The notes: generated from the letters alone by a model not told the origin. A stretch of DNA of 64,000 bases from Candidatus Aminicenantes bacterium (GCA_963759765.1 CAVXAL010000002.1:464228-528227), one strand, 5' to 3'; counted from the first letter of the stretch, positions 1 through 9,684 are shown. Numbers and translations are program-made.

Positions 1-267
1 CGCACCATGCTTCAGCAGCAAGGCAGCGGTCTCGGTTTGCTTATTGTTGATCGCTGAGTGGAGCGGTGTTGATTTGTTGACATCCCTTGCATTTATATCT
101 GCTCCGCGTTCCAGCAGCAGAGCCACGGTCGCAGGTTGCCCCCCCGCGGCGGCCTCGTGCAGAGGGCTTGTACCTTCCCGATTCCACGCATTCACATCTC
201 CCCCCACGTCCAACAGGGCTCTCACTTCTTCCGTGTTGCCATAAAAAGCTGCTTTGTGAATGTCCAA
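1..267 (-). CDS. ankyrin-repeat protein, 5' part (gene runs off the left edge)
   Basis: Absent from the ORF track because no stop lies in the window. Reverse-strand translation from TTG at 267-265 (GGGAGG 9 nt upstream) gives MDIHKAAFYGNTEEVRALLDVGGDVNAWNREGTSPLHEAAAGGQPATVALLLERGADINARDVNKSTPLHSAINNKQTETAALLLKHGA, i.e. consecutive ankyrin units (TPLH..A......V..LL..GADVNA). Confidence 0.7.
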   Translation of the reverse strand, partial: MDIHKAAFYGNTEEVRALLDVGGDVNAWNREGTSPLHEAAAGGQPATVALLLERGADINARDVNKSTPLHSAINNKQTETAALLLKHGA

Positions 268-309
268 TGTTCTCTACCTCCCGTTCAATTCTTTGCTTTT
301 ATGACTTGC

Positions 310-1119
310 TTATTTAACTTCGTCATATAATTTATATTTTCTAATTTCAAGGACACCCCAGACGAATTGCATCATTACCAGGAAATTGAATGCTGGGACT
401 TCAGCTTTCGCTATAGCAATCCCATTAAAGACGGCAGCAGTCATGATTGCAAGACTATTCAAAAGAAACATCGTTCTGTGCACAATGAAAATGTTACAAA
501 GGCCCAGGATGATGAGTATCACGCCCCAGATGGGATCCAATACGGAGGCCAATACTATATGCAATGCTCCAAATCCGATGAGTCCATATCCCCATTTCTT
601 TAGTTCCGCTTTCATTCTTTCAGCGGTGACCTCCGGCCTGGGTGATTTTCTAATTTCAGAGATATGATAGGTGCTTCTTATACATTCCAGCACACTTTTA
701 CATCTATTACGGACAGGTATCGGAATCGTTGGGCATTTCCCGTATATTTGTTGTGATTTTATATCAACGATCAATGCGCAGCCCCTTTCGCCCTTTGAAT
801 CTGTTTCACTGAAGTTCTTAAATGGAAAGGCAGAAATTATTTTCAAAGCGTTTTCAGATACTGTTTCTGCTACAATACAGAGAATAAAAAAATTGGCGGA
901 TATCACTTTTTTAGTTTGCTTATTTATTTCCCAATACTTTTTTACCAAATTGGATAATGTGTCCTCATCCAATATCGGATAATGCTTTACCATCAGTCGT
1001 TGTCTCTTCCCCACAAACTTTGTGGAGATGGCTGTTATATCGAATTCAACTCCCATATATGACTCTTTTTTTATATCTCCCCAGTATTTTGGATCTAAAT
1101 TGTTTTTAAATTCGTTCAT
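310..1119 (-). CDS. hypothetical protein, soluble N-terminal domain plus C-terminal multi-pass membrane region
   Basis: 269-aa ORF. The C-terminal third is hydrophobic (GYGLIGFGALHIVLASVLDPIWGVILIILGLCNIFIV...LAIMTAAVFNGIAIA...FNFLVMMQFVWGVL). No family recognised. Visibly AT-richer than its neighbours. Lies directly upstream of, and co-oriented with, the ankyrin gene. Confidence 0.55.
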   Translation of the reverse strand: MNEFKNNLDPKYWGDIKKESYMGVEFDITAISTKFVGKRQRLMVKHYPILDEDTLSNLVKKYWEINKQTKKVISANFFILCIVAETVSENALKIISAFPFKNFSETDSKGERGCALIVDIKSQQIYGKCPTIPIPVRNRCKSVLECIRSTYHISEIRKSPRPEVTAERMKAELKKWGYGLIGFGALHIVLASVLDPIWGVILIILGLCNIFIVHRTMFLLNSLAIMTAAVFNGIAIAKAEVPAFNFLVMMQFVWGVLEIRKYKLYDEVK

Positions 1120-1492
1120 TTATTCTTCTCCTTGTTCTGCCTTTCAGGAATAAGAATTTGCTTTCGGTTCGGCCCGCCCGCGGAGCCCGATTTCATATCA
1201 AGGTCCCCTCCCGCCATACTGATAATTTACAGCCAGCCACTTGGCGAAGTCAAGGATTTTTACCGGGAATCCATCCTGTGAATGTTGGCTTGCGTGTTGA
1301 GATGCCCCCTATCCGGCCACCTCGGTCACTGGAGCCCGGTCCCTTTTAAGCGCCAGCGCCGCAACCCTGAGGCTCTTGATTGTTTGCGCCTGGGGGTAAT
1401 GGCGCATATAGGTTATGAAATCGTTTACTAACTGATCCTATCTGATTTTCCTGTTTTCCCCTGGTGAATAAGGAAGTTACGGCGTTTTCCTT

Positions 1493-1532
1493 TTAGGCTC
1501 CGTTAGGCTAAGTTAAGCGGGTTTAAGCACAA
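1493..1532. repeat. four hexamers TTAGGC/TTAGGC/TTAAGC/TTAAGC spaced exactly 10 bp apart
   Basis: Read directly: ttaggctccg ttaggctaag ttaagcgggt ttaagcacaa. Hexamer starts are at 1493, 1503, 1513 and 1523. Located in a 545-bp non-coding spacer. Confidence 0.6.
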
Positions 1533-1851
1533 TCTGTGACATATGAGCAATTAATATATTTACTTGAAAATAAATTTGACTTTGGCTTATTGCTTAAATA
1601 ATTTTGTGTTTTATAATCGATATTGGTATATGGAATTTATGTTAGTTTATTGAATAGGAGTCATTATGAATGAAACTGATAGCAACTGCGTCCATTGTTC
1701 CGTAAATGAAAGCGGAAGGGAGGTATCCATGAATTCTCTATCAGCACGGGTCAGGAAACTAGCCATTCTTCTCCTCATCGCACTGCCCCTTATTGGAATG
1801 GCCCAGACGCCAAAGCCGGAGGACGTTTGCCAGCCCTTAACCCATATTTCC

Positions 1852-3464
1852 CAGATAGAAATCAAAATTTGTTATAATATTAGCTGAAAAGGCTGATGAA
1901 TAAAGGCTGAAGACGATATTGCAGCGGGAAAATCGGAGAGGGTTGATGGGTGAGAGCAAAAAAGAAGTTTTACGGGTCCAATTTGATCCCACAGTGAAGC
2001 TGGAATTCCACGGTGCCAAGATAACCAGTGACGGCGGTCTGCTACTTTACAGGGAGATGGACGAGGTGCTGGGATTGACGGCTTTAGCCGAGGAAGTTCT
2101 TCAGGATCTGCGCACGGGCCAGAATACCCGGCACACGATGACGGCACTGCTTCGGCAAGCGGTATACGGGCGTCTGGCCGGATACGAGGACACCAATGAC
2201 GCTGAGCGGCTGCGAGTCGACCCGGCTCTGCGCCAGATCGTAGGCGGCCGCGCCAGGAAGCACCTGGCGGCATCGACCAGCCAGATGAGCCGTTTCGAGA
2301 CGGAGATACTAGCCAGCGATGAAAATGTCCAGACGCTGTCCGATCTGTGCGGAAGGTGGATAGCGGAAGCCAATCGGCGTTCCAACGCCAAGGAACTGAT
2401 CCTGGACATGGACAGTTCGGAAAGTCGGACCCACGGCCGCCAGGAAGGGTCGGCCTGGAACGGTCATTTCGAGTGCACCTGCTATCATCCCCTGTTCTGC
2501 TTCAACCAGTTCGGCGATCTTGAGCGGGCGATGCTGCGCGAGGGCAACGTGCACAGCGCCGCCAACTGGCGGGCGGTGCTGGAGCCAGTGGTTGCCCGAT
2601 ACAGACAGCATGTAATGAATCGTTACTTCCGGGGTGATGCGGCGTTCGCCCAGCCCGAGATCTACGAGTATCTGGAAGGCGAGAGGTTTCTTTACGCCAT
2701 CCGCCTGCCAATCAACGACGTGCTGCAACGGGAGATAGAGCACCTGACGACCCGGCCCGTGGGCCGGCCATCTCACAAGCCCAAGGTTTTCTACCACAGC
2801 TTCATGTATCAGGCCAAGAGCTGGAGTCGGCCCCAGCGTGTGGTGGCCAAGGTTGAGTGGCATCATGATGAGCTGTTTCCGCGCGTTGGCTTCATCGTGA
2901 CCAACCTGAACCGGCGGGCCAAGAACGTGGTGCGGTTTTACAACAAGCGCGGGACCGCCGAGCAGTGGATCAAGGAAGGGAAGATCGCGCTGACCTGGAC
3001 CCGGCTTTCGTGTCACGGCTTCCGGGACAACGAGGTGCGGCTGCAACTCTTCGCCCTGGCATACAATGTCGGCAATTTCCTGCGCACCCTGGCCCTGCCC
3101 CGGAAAGTCAGCCGATGGACATTGACCACCCTGCGGGAGAAGTTGATCAAGATAGGAGCCAAAGTCGTGCGGCACGCGAAATACGTCACTTTTCAAATGG
3201 CCGAAGTGGCGATCCCGCGGAGCTTGTTTGCGTTGATCCTGGACAAGATCGCCCAACTGCGGCTGTTGCCTGAAACCAGTTAAAATGGCCGGTACACTGA
3301 AGGCAGCGGAGTCTCAACATCACGGGGAGAGGCCTGTCTTCAAGCCGAGAAAAAGGGTGATTGCAGGGGGAAAATGCCTGAATCGTAGTCCGTTGAGGCT
3401 AAATGGATTGGTCCGGGAGTGTAGCTCTTGAAAATGTTTTCCAACAATAGGAGAATACTATCTG
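1852..3464 (+). mobile_element. candidate IS1380-family insertion sequence (boundaries tentative)
   Basis: Contains the transposase ORF. An imperfect terminal inverted repeat is proposed: CAGATAGAAATCAAAATTTG at 1852 versus the reverse complement of 3445-3464, CAGATAGTATTCTCCTATTG (13/20 identical, first 7 exact). The implied length of about 1.6 kb fits the family. No convincing target-site duplication was seen. Confidence 0.3.
1919..3283 (+). CDS. IS1380-family DDE transposase
   Basis: 454-aa ORF with family-typical blocks: ITSDGGLLLYREMDEVLGL, LILDMDSSESRTHGRQEGSAWNGHF, FRGDAAFA, VRFYNKRGTAEQWIKEGK, FRDNEVRLQLFALAYNVGNFLR. Confidence 0.85.
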   Translation: MQRENRRGLMGESKKEVLRVQFDPTVKLEFHGAKITSDGGLLLYREMDEVLGLTALAEEVLQDLRTGQNTRHTMTALLRQAVYGRLAGYEDTNDAERLRVDPALRQIVGGRARKHLAASTSQMSRFETEILASDENVQTLSDLCGRWIAEANRRSNAKELILDMDSSESRTHGRQEGSAWNGHFECTCYHPLFCFNQFGDLERAMLREGNVHSAANWRAVLEPVVARYRQHVMNRYFRGDAAFAQPEIYEYLEGERFLYAIRLPINDVLQREIEHLTTRPVGRPSHKPKVFYHSFMYQAKSWSRPQRVVAKVEWHHDELFPRVGFIVTNLNRRAKNVVRFYNKRGTAEQWIKEGKIALTWTRLSCHGFRDNEVRLQLFALAYNVGNFLRTLALPRKVSRWTLTTLREKLIKIGAKVVRHAKYVTFQMAEVAIPRSLFALILDKIAQLRLLPETS

Positions 3465-3479
3465 TAGAGGAGGCATCAA

Positions 3480-4451
3480 ATGGCTTGGATCAGGTTCGTG
3501 GTAAGAGGCGCTCTGCTCGTGGCGCTCTTGGCAGGTGTTTGCGCTGCCCAGACTGGCAATCAGCGGCAGCAACTAGAGGCTGATGCAGACTGGACATATG
3601 GCCCCTCGATCAAAGGAATGCCGCAGAAGAGCGTGCCGGCCGTCGAGGTGCCCCGCACAACGTATGTCGAGATGTTGGGAAGAGGCTACGCACGAATTGG
3701 GGAATTCACCTATGACAGCGAAAAACATGGTCACGATGTAGGCCGCTGCAAGCAGGACATGCTGGAGATGGCGATGTTGCATGGGGGCGATGTCGCCTGG
3801 GTTTACGCATCCGCCGATAAGCGGGAAAAAGACACTTGGGTCGATGACCATACAGTCTACTATACTACCTCCAGCGGAACTGCTACGAGCCACACCACTC
3901 CAGGTCACTATCGCCACAAGAAGGTCAAGCACGTCTTCGGGAGTGTTGTTTACTTCGTGCACAACCCGGAACTTGCGGCAAAGCAGTTGGAGGAGGGAAG
4001 GAAGAAGTGGGAGATGAGAGCGGCGGCGATCCCGGGAAAGCGGTCCGGCATGGTCGCTATGTTAGATACTGTGCTCATCAAATTGTCCGCTATGCCTGCG
4101 TCCCAGATATGGCCCTGGAACCGAAGTAAGGAGAAGTATATAAGTGGAATTCGGGCCGCCCAGGATGAGTTGAAGCAAGGGAAATGGGGTCTCTACGATA
4201 CGTGGCCCCGAAGCTTCCGTGACACACTCGAGCGCACAAAAATGGAAGATGGTCCCCTCCCGGGTTTGGGGACCTTCTCGGAGCTTATTAATTTCGTCAA
4301 TAACTATGAGTCGAATCATTGGGCCGAGAGCGCTCAGCTCGGCGAACTGCATCAAGCAGTCTCGGCGGCCAGGGTTTATGCCTACACGAATTGGGACATC
4401 ATCATTGATCAAGTAACGCTGAATTCAGCCGAGCATTTTTGCCCTTATTGA
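3480..4451 (+). CDS. secreted hypothetical protein, paralogue family member 1 (no WG repeats)
   Basis: Signal peptide MAWIRFVVRGALLVALLAGVCAAQ. RBS GAGGAGG lies upstream. Shares an N-terminal module (GRGYARIG...HGGDVAWV...VHNPEL) with the 9685 and 7484 proteins. Confidence 0.7.
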   Translation: MAWIRFVVRGALLVALLAGVCAAQTGNQRQQLEADADWTYGPSIKGMPQKSVPAVEVPRTTYVEMLGRGYARIGEFTYDSEKHGHDVGRCKQDMLEMAMLHGGDVAWVYASADKREKDTWVDDHTVYYTTSSGTATSHTTPGHYRHKKVKHVFGSVVYFVHNPELAAKQLEEGRKKWEMRAAAIPGKRSGMVAMLDTVLIKLSAMPASQIWPWNRSKEKYISGIRAAQDELKQGKWGLYDTWPRSFRDTLERTKMEDGPLPGLGTFSELINFVNNYESNHWAESAQLGELHQAVSAARVYAYTNWDIIIDQVTLNSAEHFCPY

Positions 4452-4484
4452 TGTTCTCCACTTAACACGCAGGGTTTCATCAAT

Positions 4485-5815
4485 GTGCAGCCTCTCCGCT
4501 ACTGGACGTCTATTCGGAGCGACCACGCTCGTCTCGTGTGGATAGTCGACATGGAGCATGGCGAATCGGACCCCCACGATATTATCCTGACCAATAGTTG
4601 GTTCTACGTGTGGCTGGTGCGTTCCGTCCTGAAAACCGACTCCTCCGGACCGTCCCAGGCCGCCACGACCCCGGGCGCCGAATACCAGGTCATCCAGAGG
4701 ATTCCTGTGCCGGACGAGGTGGGCCGCGTCGGGGTGATGAAGGTTAAGAGCGACGGAAGCCTCGTGCTTTATACGGCGCTCCTCAGGAACTCTCTCGAGG
4801 AAGCCCTCCTGGCCAATACCACGCGGTTGACCAATATGTTGTTGGATACGGCCAAGCAAGCCCGGGCCAAAGGCGGGGATCCCCGGATTTCGGTCGAGGC
4901 CGCCGATTACAGCTTCAGCATGATCGCTCAGGTTGAAGTCAGCCCTTTTAATTCTCCCGTGGATAAGGCGGGCGTTTTTGCCGGTGTCGAAGGCGGATGG
5001 GAATGGGTGGCCTATTATGTCACGACCCAGAAGGCCGGCCCCTTTGTATTGATCAACGAGCTGAAAGCCCCGGCCTTCCGCCCTGTCTCTTTCGCCTCAG
5101 GCGCGTTCCCGAGCTTTCTGCAGATCTCGCGCGCTCAAAAGGAAATCGCCTATTGGGCCCAGGCGGGCAGCAAGATCAGTCTCATGGTCGGGCGAGAGCA
5201 GGCCGCCCAGCTGGAGGAAGGCTCGGCCCCGAGGGGCCCGGCCCTCTTCTTCCGGGGAGCCCCCCCATCGGGATGGCCTATGTCGCCGAAAGCCCGGCCA
5301 AAGGGTCGGCCCTTTACCTCAATAATCAAAAAGTCAGTTTGGATTACGAGGCTATCGAACCCGCCCTCAACTCCAAAGGGCGCAACGTCGGCTATATCGC
5401 CAAGGCCGGAAACAGGTTCCTTCTGTTCGTGAACGGGACGGAGCAGGCCACCGGATTCGTCCCGGCCCATGGCTTAACCTTCTTTGCGGGCGGAGACGCT
5501 TACGCTTTCGCCGCCGTCCAAGGGGGCCGGGAATTCGTGGTGAAGAACGGACTCAAATCCTTGTCCACCTTTGTCCGCGTGACCCAAAACAGAGATTTCG
5601 GCCATGTGCTGGACCTCGCGTTCAACAGCATGGCGACGAAAGTGGCCTATGTCGCCGAAGACGGGAAAAAAGAATGGGTTATGGTTGATGACCAGAAGGT
5701 GACTCCGGAATTTGACCGGGTGACCTTCAACCGGGAGAATTATGAATGGGGAGGGCCTCTGGTTTTCGCGGGCTATGACGCGGCAAAGCGTGTGATCATC
5801 GTCGGCAAGTTGTGA
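4485..5815 (+). pseudogene. hypothetical protein with C-terminal YVA/YIA beta-strand repeats, split by a frame break in a C7 run
   Basis: ORFs 4485-5432 and 4997-5815 join sensibly only across ccccccc at 5260-5266 (...ALFFRG|(A/S)PPIGMAYVAESPAKG...). The C-terminal part carries the repeats GMAYVAE, NVGYIAK, DAYAFAA and KVAYVAE. Confidence 0.5.
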
Positions 5816-6071
5816 GCGATCGGGGTATAAGAATTTCTTTTTCGGTTGCACCCGCCAAGGAACGCTGTTTACGGTTGAACGGCTCCATTTCTTCTCCGCT
5901 GGGGACATAAATCGGAGCTCGGAGGATGTCAACGACGGTTGGAGAACTGGGTCGGACGGCCCCCTGGACGTCCTCGGCGGCAGATGAGGTGTCGTGTCCA
6001 AGTCAGAGACCAGATGCTTGAGCATCTTACTTCAGAGGTTGTTTATTGAGCGGGGGCGGGTCAGTTATGTG

Positions 6072-7484
6072 TTATGGCTTTATTGTAACTATGCCGGTCT
6101 TGTCGACATAACCTTCTTGCTTGCCAATTTTAACTTGTGCTAAACCGTTCTTGAATTCAGTTGCATCATCGAATTGCGGTGCGATGATGATCTTTCCTGT
6201 TTTGTCGATATAGCCAAATTTTTTGTTGATTTTTATCCGGGCAAGCCCCTCGGAAAATTCCCACGCGCGGTCGAACTTGGAGTCGATGATGAATTTACCG
6301 GCATAATCTATAAATCCAAATTTATAACTCTTTAGTGTCCCCACCGAAACCGGTGCCAGTCCCTCAGAAAACTGCCCCACGCCCAAGAAGGATGGTTGTA
6401 TAACCCAATGTCCCGTTTTATCGATAAAGCCGAAGCGATGCGCATCCGTTCGGAGATCACCTGCACCGGCGCCAGCCAATCCTTCTGAAAAGCGGCGCGC
6501 CCCATCGAAGATAAGTGGAATCACAAGTATTCCCTCCTTATTGATATATCCGGATTTGCTGTTGAACCAGTATTGGCCCTTGCTGACGCATCCCACACCT
6601 TCAGAAAAGTCCGCGGCAAAGGAGTATTGGGGTTGGATGGCCGTTTTCCCTTGAGCGTCTATGAATCCCATCAAGCCGTTTATCCTGATGCAGGCAAGTC
6701 CTTCTGAAAATCCATATGCATTCTCCAAACCTCTTAGTACTATGTTCCCTGATTTCTTGTCCATATATCCATATTCCAGCGGATCTAAAGACAATTTAAT
6801 AGGAACTAGAAACTCTGAAGAAGGAGCATTATTTTGATATCTTCTTTCTAGTTCATTATATTTTTGAATTCTAATCTGCCTTTCTTTTATCCAGGTGATT
6901 AACTCAGGATCGTGTCTCCACACGGTTCCATAGCTGGTGGTGCCGTATTCAACGGCAGGTATTTTTTCCCAATCGTCAGCCACGTGAACGGTGATTCTAT
7001 CTGTTATAGTATAGCCAGCGTGATCCCAACTTGAGCCAATGTACGTACTCACAGTGCGCTCTTCTTTATGCCAGGCTATGGGTTTACCTCGTACTGTTGT
7101 TTCATGTACAAAAGGATAGTTGTCAGCGGTTAGCACCACGATATCCCCTCCCCGTTTTGCAACCTTTTCCATAAGAATTGAAGTGGTATCATCATTGAAT
7201 GTCTGGGTTTTAGATATGTTTGGGTCGGACAATCTAGCACCCTTTATTACTTTGTGAATGTATGTGATTCCTATCAGGCCAATTTTCAGATACCCGTCAT
7301 GCTCGGGGTTAGCTTGAATGGTTTTACATATTTTCGGTTTGGTCGGCCGAGATGATAGTTTTTCGTGCGCTTCAAGAATCTTGGTTGGGTTATATTCGAT
7401 TTTTGGGTTTGGATCTTTAGCCAAAGCCGTTGAATAAGTGCACAAGAAAAACAAAAGACAGTGGGATACCCTGTGTGACTTCAT
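6072..7484 (-). CDS. secreted WG-repeat (WG_beta_rep type) protein, paralogue family member 3
   Basis: Signal peptide MKSHRVSHCLLFFLCTYSTALA. Repeated units of the form FGFIDKTGHWVIQPSF..VGQFSEGLAPV / FGYIDKTGKIIIAPQFDDATEFKNGLAQV. The N-terminal module is shared with the 9685 protein (RGGDIVVLTADN...WHKEERTV...VADDWEKIP...VWRHDPEL). Confidence 0.8.
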   Translation of the reverse strand: MKSHRVSHCLLFFLCTYSTALAKDPNPKIEYNPTKILEAHEKLSSRPTKPKICKTIQANPEHDGYLKIGLIGITYIHKVIKGARLSDPNISKTQTFNDDTTSILMEKVAKRGGDIVVLTADNYPFVHETTVRGKPIAWHKEERTVSTYIGSSWDHAGYTITDRITVHVADDWEKIPAVEYGTTSYGTVWRHDPELITWIKERQIRIQKYNELERRYQNNAPSSEFLVPIKLSLDPLEYGYMDKKSGNIVLRGLENAYGFSEGLACIRINGLMGFIDAQGKTAIQPQYSFAADFSEGVGCVSKGQYWFNSKSGYINKEGILVIPLIFDGARRFSEGLAGAGAGDLRTDAHRFGFIDKTGHWVIQPSFLGVGQFSEGLAPVSVGTLKSYKFGFIDYAGKFIIDSKFDRAWEFSEGLARIKINKKFGYIDKTGKIIIAPQFDDATEFKNGLAQVKIGKQEGYVDKTGIVTIKP

Positions 7485-7589
7485 TTGAACCTCTCTGTAG
7501 GTAAGTGAGCTAGGGCCATCCAGGTCTACTCCAATAGGAGGAACTCATATGGACTGCCCAGAAAACTAACTCCTTAAATTCTGCTCCGC

Positions 7590-8081
7590 CTATTTCCAGG
7601 ATGTGCCTTTCGGCCCTGTTATAGTAACGGTTGCATAATAGGTAATTTCAGCAAAAACACCCGACCCCATCTTCCAATCTATTTGGAGCAATGGCTGGTC
7701 TTTTCCGGTCGGATCATTCGCGAGGGCAGCCGTATTATCATTCTCGCTGAGTTTATGAACATCTGCGGACTTGACAACCCACCCATTTTTCAGCGAGAGA
7801 CTCCTCCACAGTTCATCCGTTTTCTCACATCCCCTCGTCGCTGCCACACTATGCGTGACTTCGTAATGAGCATCAGGGTAATCTGGAGGATAATAGCGAT
7901 TAGCAAATGGACCATCACTAGAATTGCATGGCGTGAGACTATAGTCCCCAACTTGTGGATCCAACAAGACGAGTTCCAGATCCTGGATTGACTCGGAAGG
8001 GCTTGAAATCGCTTTTTCCGACTTTGGTTTCGACGTAGATATAGCCGTCGTAGGCTGGATATCCGCTCGTATCAGGGACAA
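7590..8081 (-). CDS. hypothetical protein, or the C-terminal domain of the upstream gene; start uncertain
   Basis: 163-aa ORF overlapping the upstream ORF by 143 nt in another frame. No signal peptide. See findings. Confidence 0.35.
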   Translation of the reverse strand: MSLIRADIQPTTAISTSKPKSEKAISSPSESIQDLELVLLDPQVGDYSLTPCNSSDGPFANRYYPPDYPDAHYEVTHSVAATRGCEKTDELWRSLSLKNGWVVKSADVHKLSENDNTAALANDPTGKDQPLLQIDWKMGSGVFAEITYYATVTITGPKGTSWK

Positions 8082-9120
8082 CGGCTATGATTTGCGTATT
8101 CGACCAGATTTGCACGATGGCGTCCATAAATACTCCCGGGGCCACAAGGATAACAACTCTTGGTTGAGCCTCGATGACTTGTTGAGCCATCCCCTCCACG
8201 AACACCTGATAATTTGATCCCTGGATCAACATCGCTTCACCCTTCTGACCCTGGCTTTTGTCAATAGAATCGAACTTCGGAGGTCCCGGCGGATTGATCA
8301 ACGTCCCAGGCTTGATTCTGACAGTCGGAAACGTTGGCGCTGAAGGCTTGGGAAAAGTGGCGACCCTCCTCGCAAGGTCGGCCTTGAATCGATTATCTCT
8401 CGCCGCATACATATTCGCGAGCTCAAGTTGCTGGTTTTTCAACTTCGATTGGACCAGCTGCGAATAGCGTTGCGCAGCCTGTTTGGATCGCGCTCTTGAT
8501 GAAGCCAGCGTTGCCTTGATTTCACCAACGCTTTTCGTGGTGTTGCCGGCACGGATGAGTTGACTATCTGGGAGAGTCCGAAAATCGATTTTCTTGCTCT
8601 CGAGTTCATGGACATCAATGACGTTCTTAGCTACAACACTCTCCTGAGTTGGTGATGCCTTCTGGGCCGGCGCCCGGACCTCAATCGTCAAAACTGTATT
8701 GGATAAGTCGAAAAGCTTCTTTCGGCTGGCATCATAAACGGTCAGAAGATAGTTGCTCGCCACTTGCGCTTTAGCGGAAGCTCTGAGCGAGACCTTAAGC
8801 ACAGTCGGCAACTGAGAATGATCAAGGGATGCCTCAATCCGCGTCGCCGTGTTCCCGGCTCGCGTGACCTGGGCTGAGCCAATCATCGACAGATTAGTTC
8901 CTTTAATTACAACGATAACCGCCTCTCCGCCTTGGATAAGGACGGCCCTCTGGGGTGTGACCGAGATCTTGCTCGGCCGGGCACTGATGACGCTTGGCTT
9001 CTGCAGAGCTTGCTGTGGCTCAGCCATGATGCCGGGCAATCCTGATGAAAGCGCCCAAATAAGAACAAACAAGATCATAAGGCAAGAAAAAACTCCCATC
9101 CGAAAAAACCTTCTTGTCAT
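7939..9120 (-). CDS. secreted or anchored protein with Ig-like (IPT/TIG-like) domains
   Basis: N-terminal hydrophobic anchor MTRRFFRMGVFSCLMILFVLIWAL. Beta-rich segments resemble IPT/TIG folds (VTPQRAVLIQGGEAVIVVIKGTNL; GEAMLIQGSNYQ...IIAVVPD...GYIYVETKVGKSDFKPFRV). Confidence 0.55.
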   Translation of the reverse strand: MTRRFFRMGVFSCLMILFVLIWALSSGLPGIMAEPQQALQKPSVISARPSKISVTPQRAVLIQGGEAVIVVIKGTNLSMIGSAQVTRAGNTATRIEASLDHSQLPTVLKVSLRASAKAQVASNYLLTVYDASRKKLFDLSNTVLTIEVRAPAQKASPTQESVVAKNVIDVHELESKKIDFRTLPDSQLIRAGNTTKSVGEIKATLASSRARSKQAAQRYSQLVQSKLKNQQLELANMYAARDNRFKADLARRVATFPKPSAPTFPTVRIKPGTLINPPGPPKFDSIDKSQGQKGEAMLIQGSNYQVFVEGMAQQVIEAQPRVVILVAPGVFMDAIVQIWSNTQIIAVVPDTSGYPAYDGYIYVETKVGKSDFKPFRVNPGSGTRLVGSTSWGL

Positions 9121-9684
9121 TTTCTCCCTCCTCCTATGAATATCGAAAGAAGAGGAGAAGGCGTCTGTTGGACAATCCGCGGCTTCAGGACCTTTATCCC
9201 CTCTTGGATATGTTTATACCCCCTGGTTGCTTAATTGTCAAGGAGTGCAACAGAATCCCGTCGAGTTCTACCGAGGTGTGCTTTTGGTTTGTCCCACACT
9301 TGTTTCACCTGAAATTGACCTTCCCCTTGAAAAATCAGTCATCACCGGGAAAACGGCCATCCGGACCGACAATCCGCCCGTTGGGGCGGCCGGCCCTCTC
9401 GATCTTGGGCTCTTGACTTAAGCCAACGGCTGGCCTAAACTCCATTTGTGAGGGGACGGCCCGATTCCGAGCTTTAAGGCGGCCCTCTCATGATGGGCCG
9501 AAAAATGAAATTCTTATCCTTTCCGATCCTCAAGAAGCGGTCAGAGCTTCCCAGCGGTGCTAGGAGATTTTGGGTAGACCGAAAGGAAATTGCTATGCCC
9601 AGACCACCTTCTCGCCGTCTGGCGAACACGGTTTGGGACCGCAGTGCCGCCCTTCTTCGCAGCCGGCTACTCCATGGAGCACAT

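Noticed and set aside
1120-1400. Possible remnant of a small gene on the reverse strand (MRHYPQAQTIKSLRVAALALKRDRAPVTEVAG-stop), and the forward ORF 1158-1349.
   Set aside because: Short, with no recognisable motif, no RBS and several stops in the continuation. There is not enough evidence to call a gene or pseudogene.
5474-6025. 183-aa reverse-strand ORF between the repeat-protein gene and the WG-repeat gene.
   Set aside because: It overlaps the 3' end of the 4997-5815 coding frame antisense. Its product is Pro/Ser/Arg-rich with no start context. Likely spurious.
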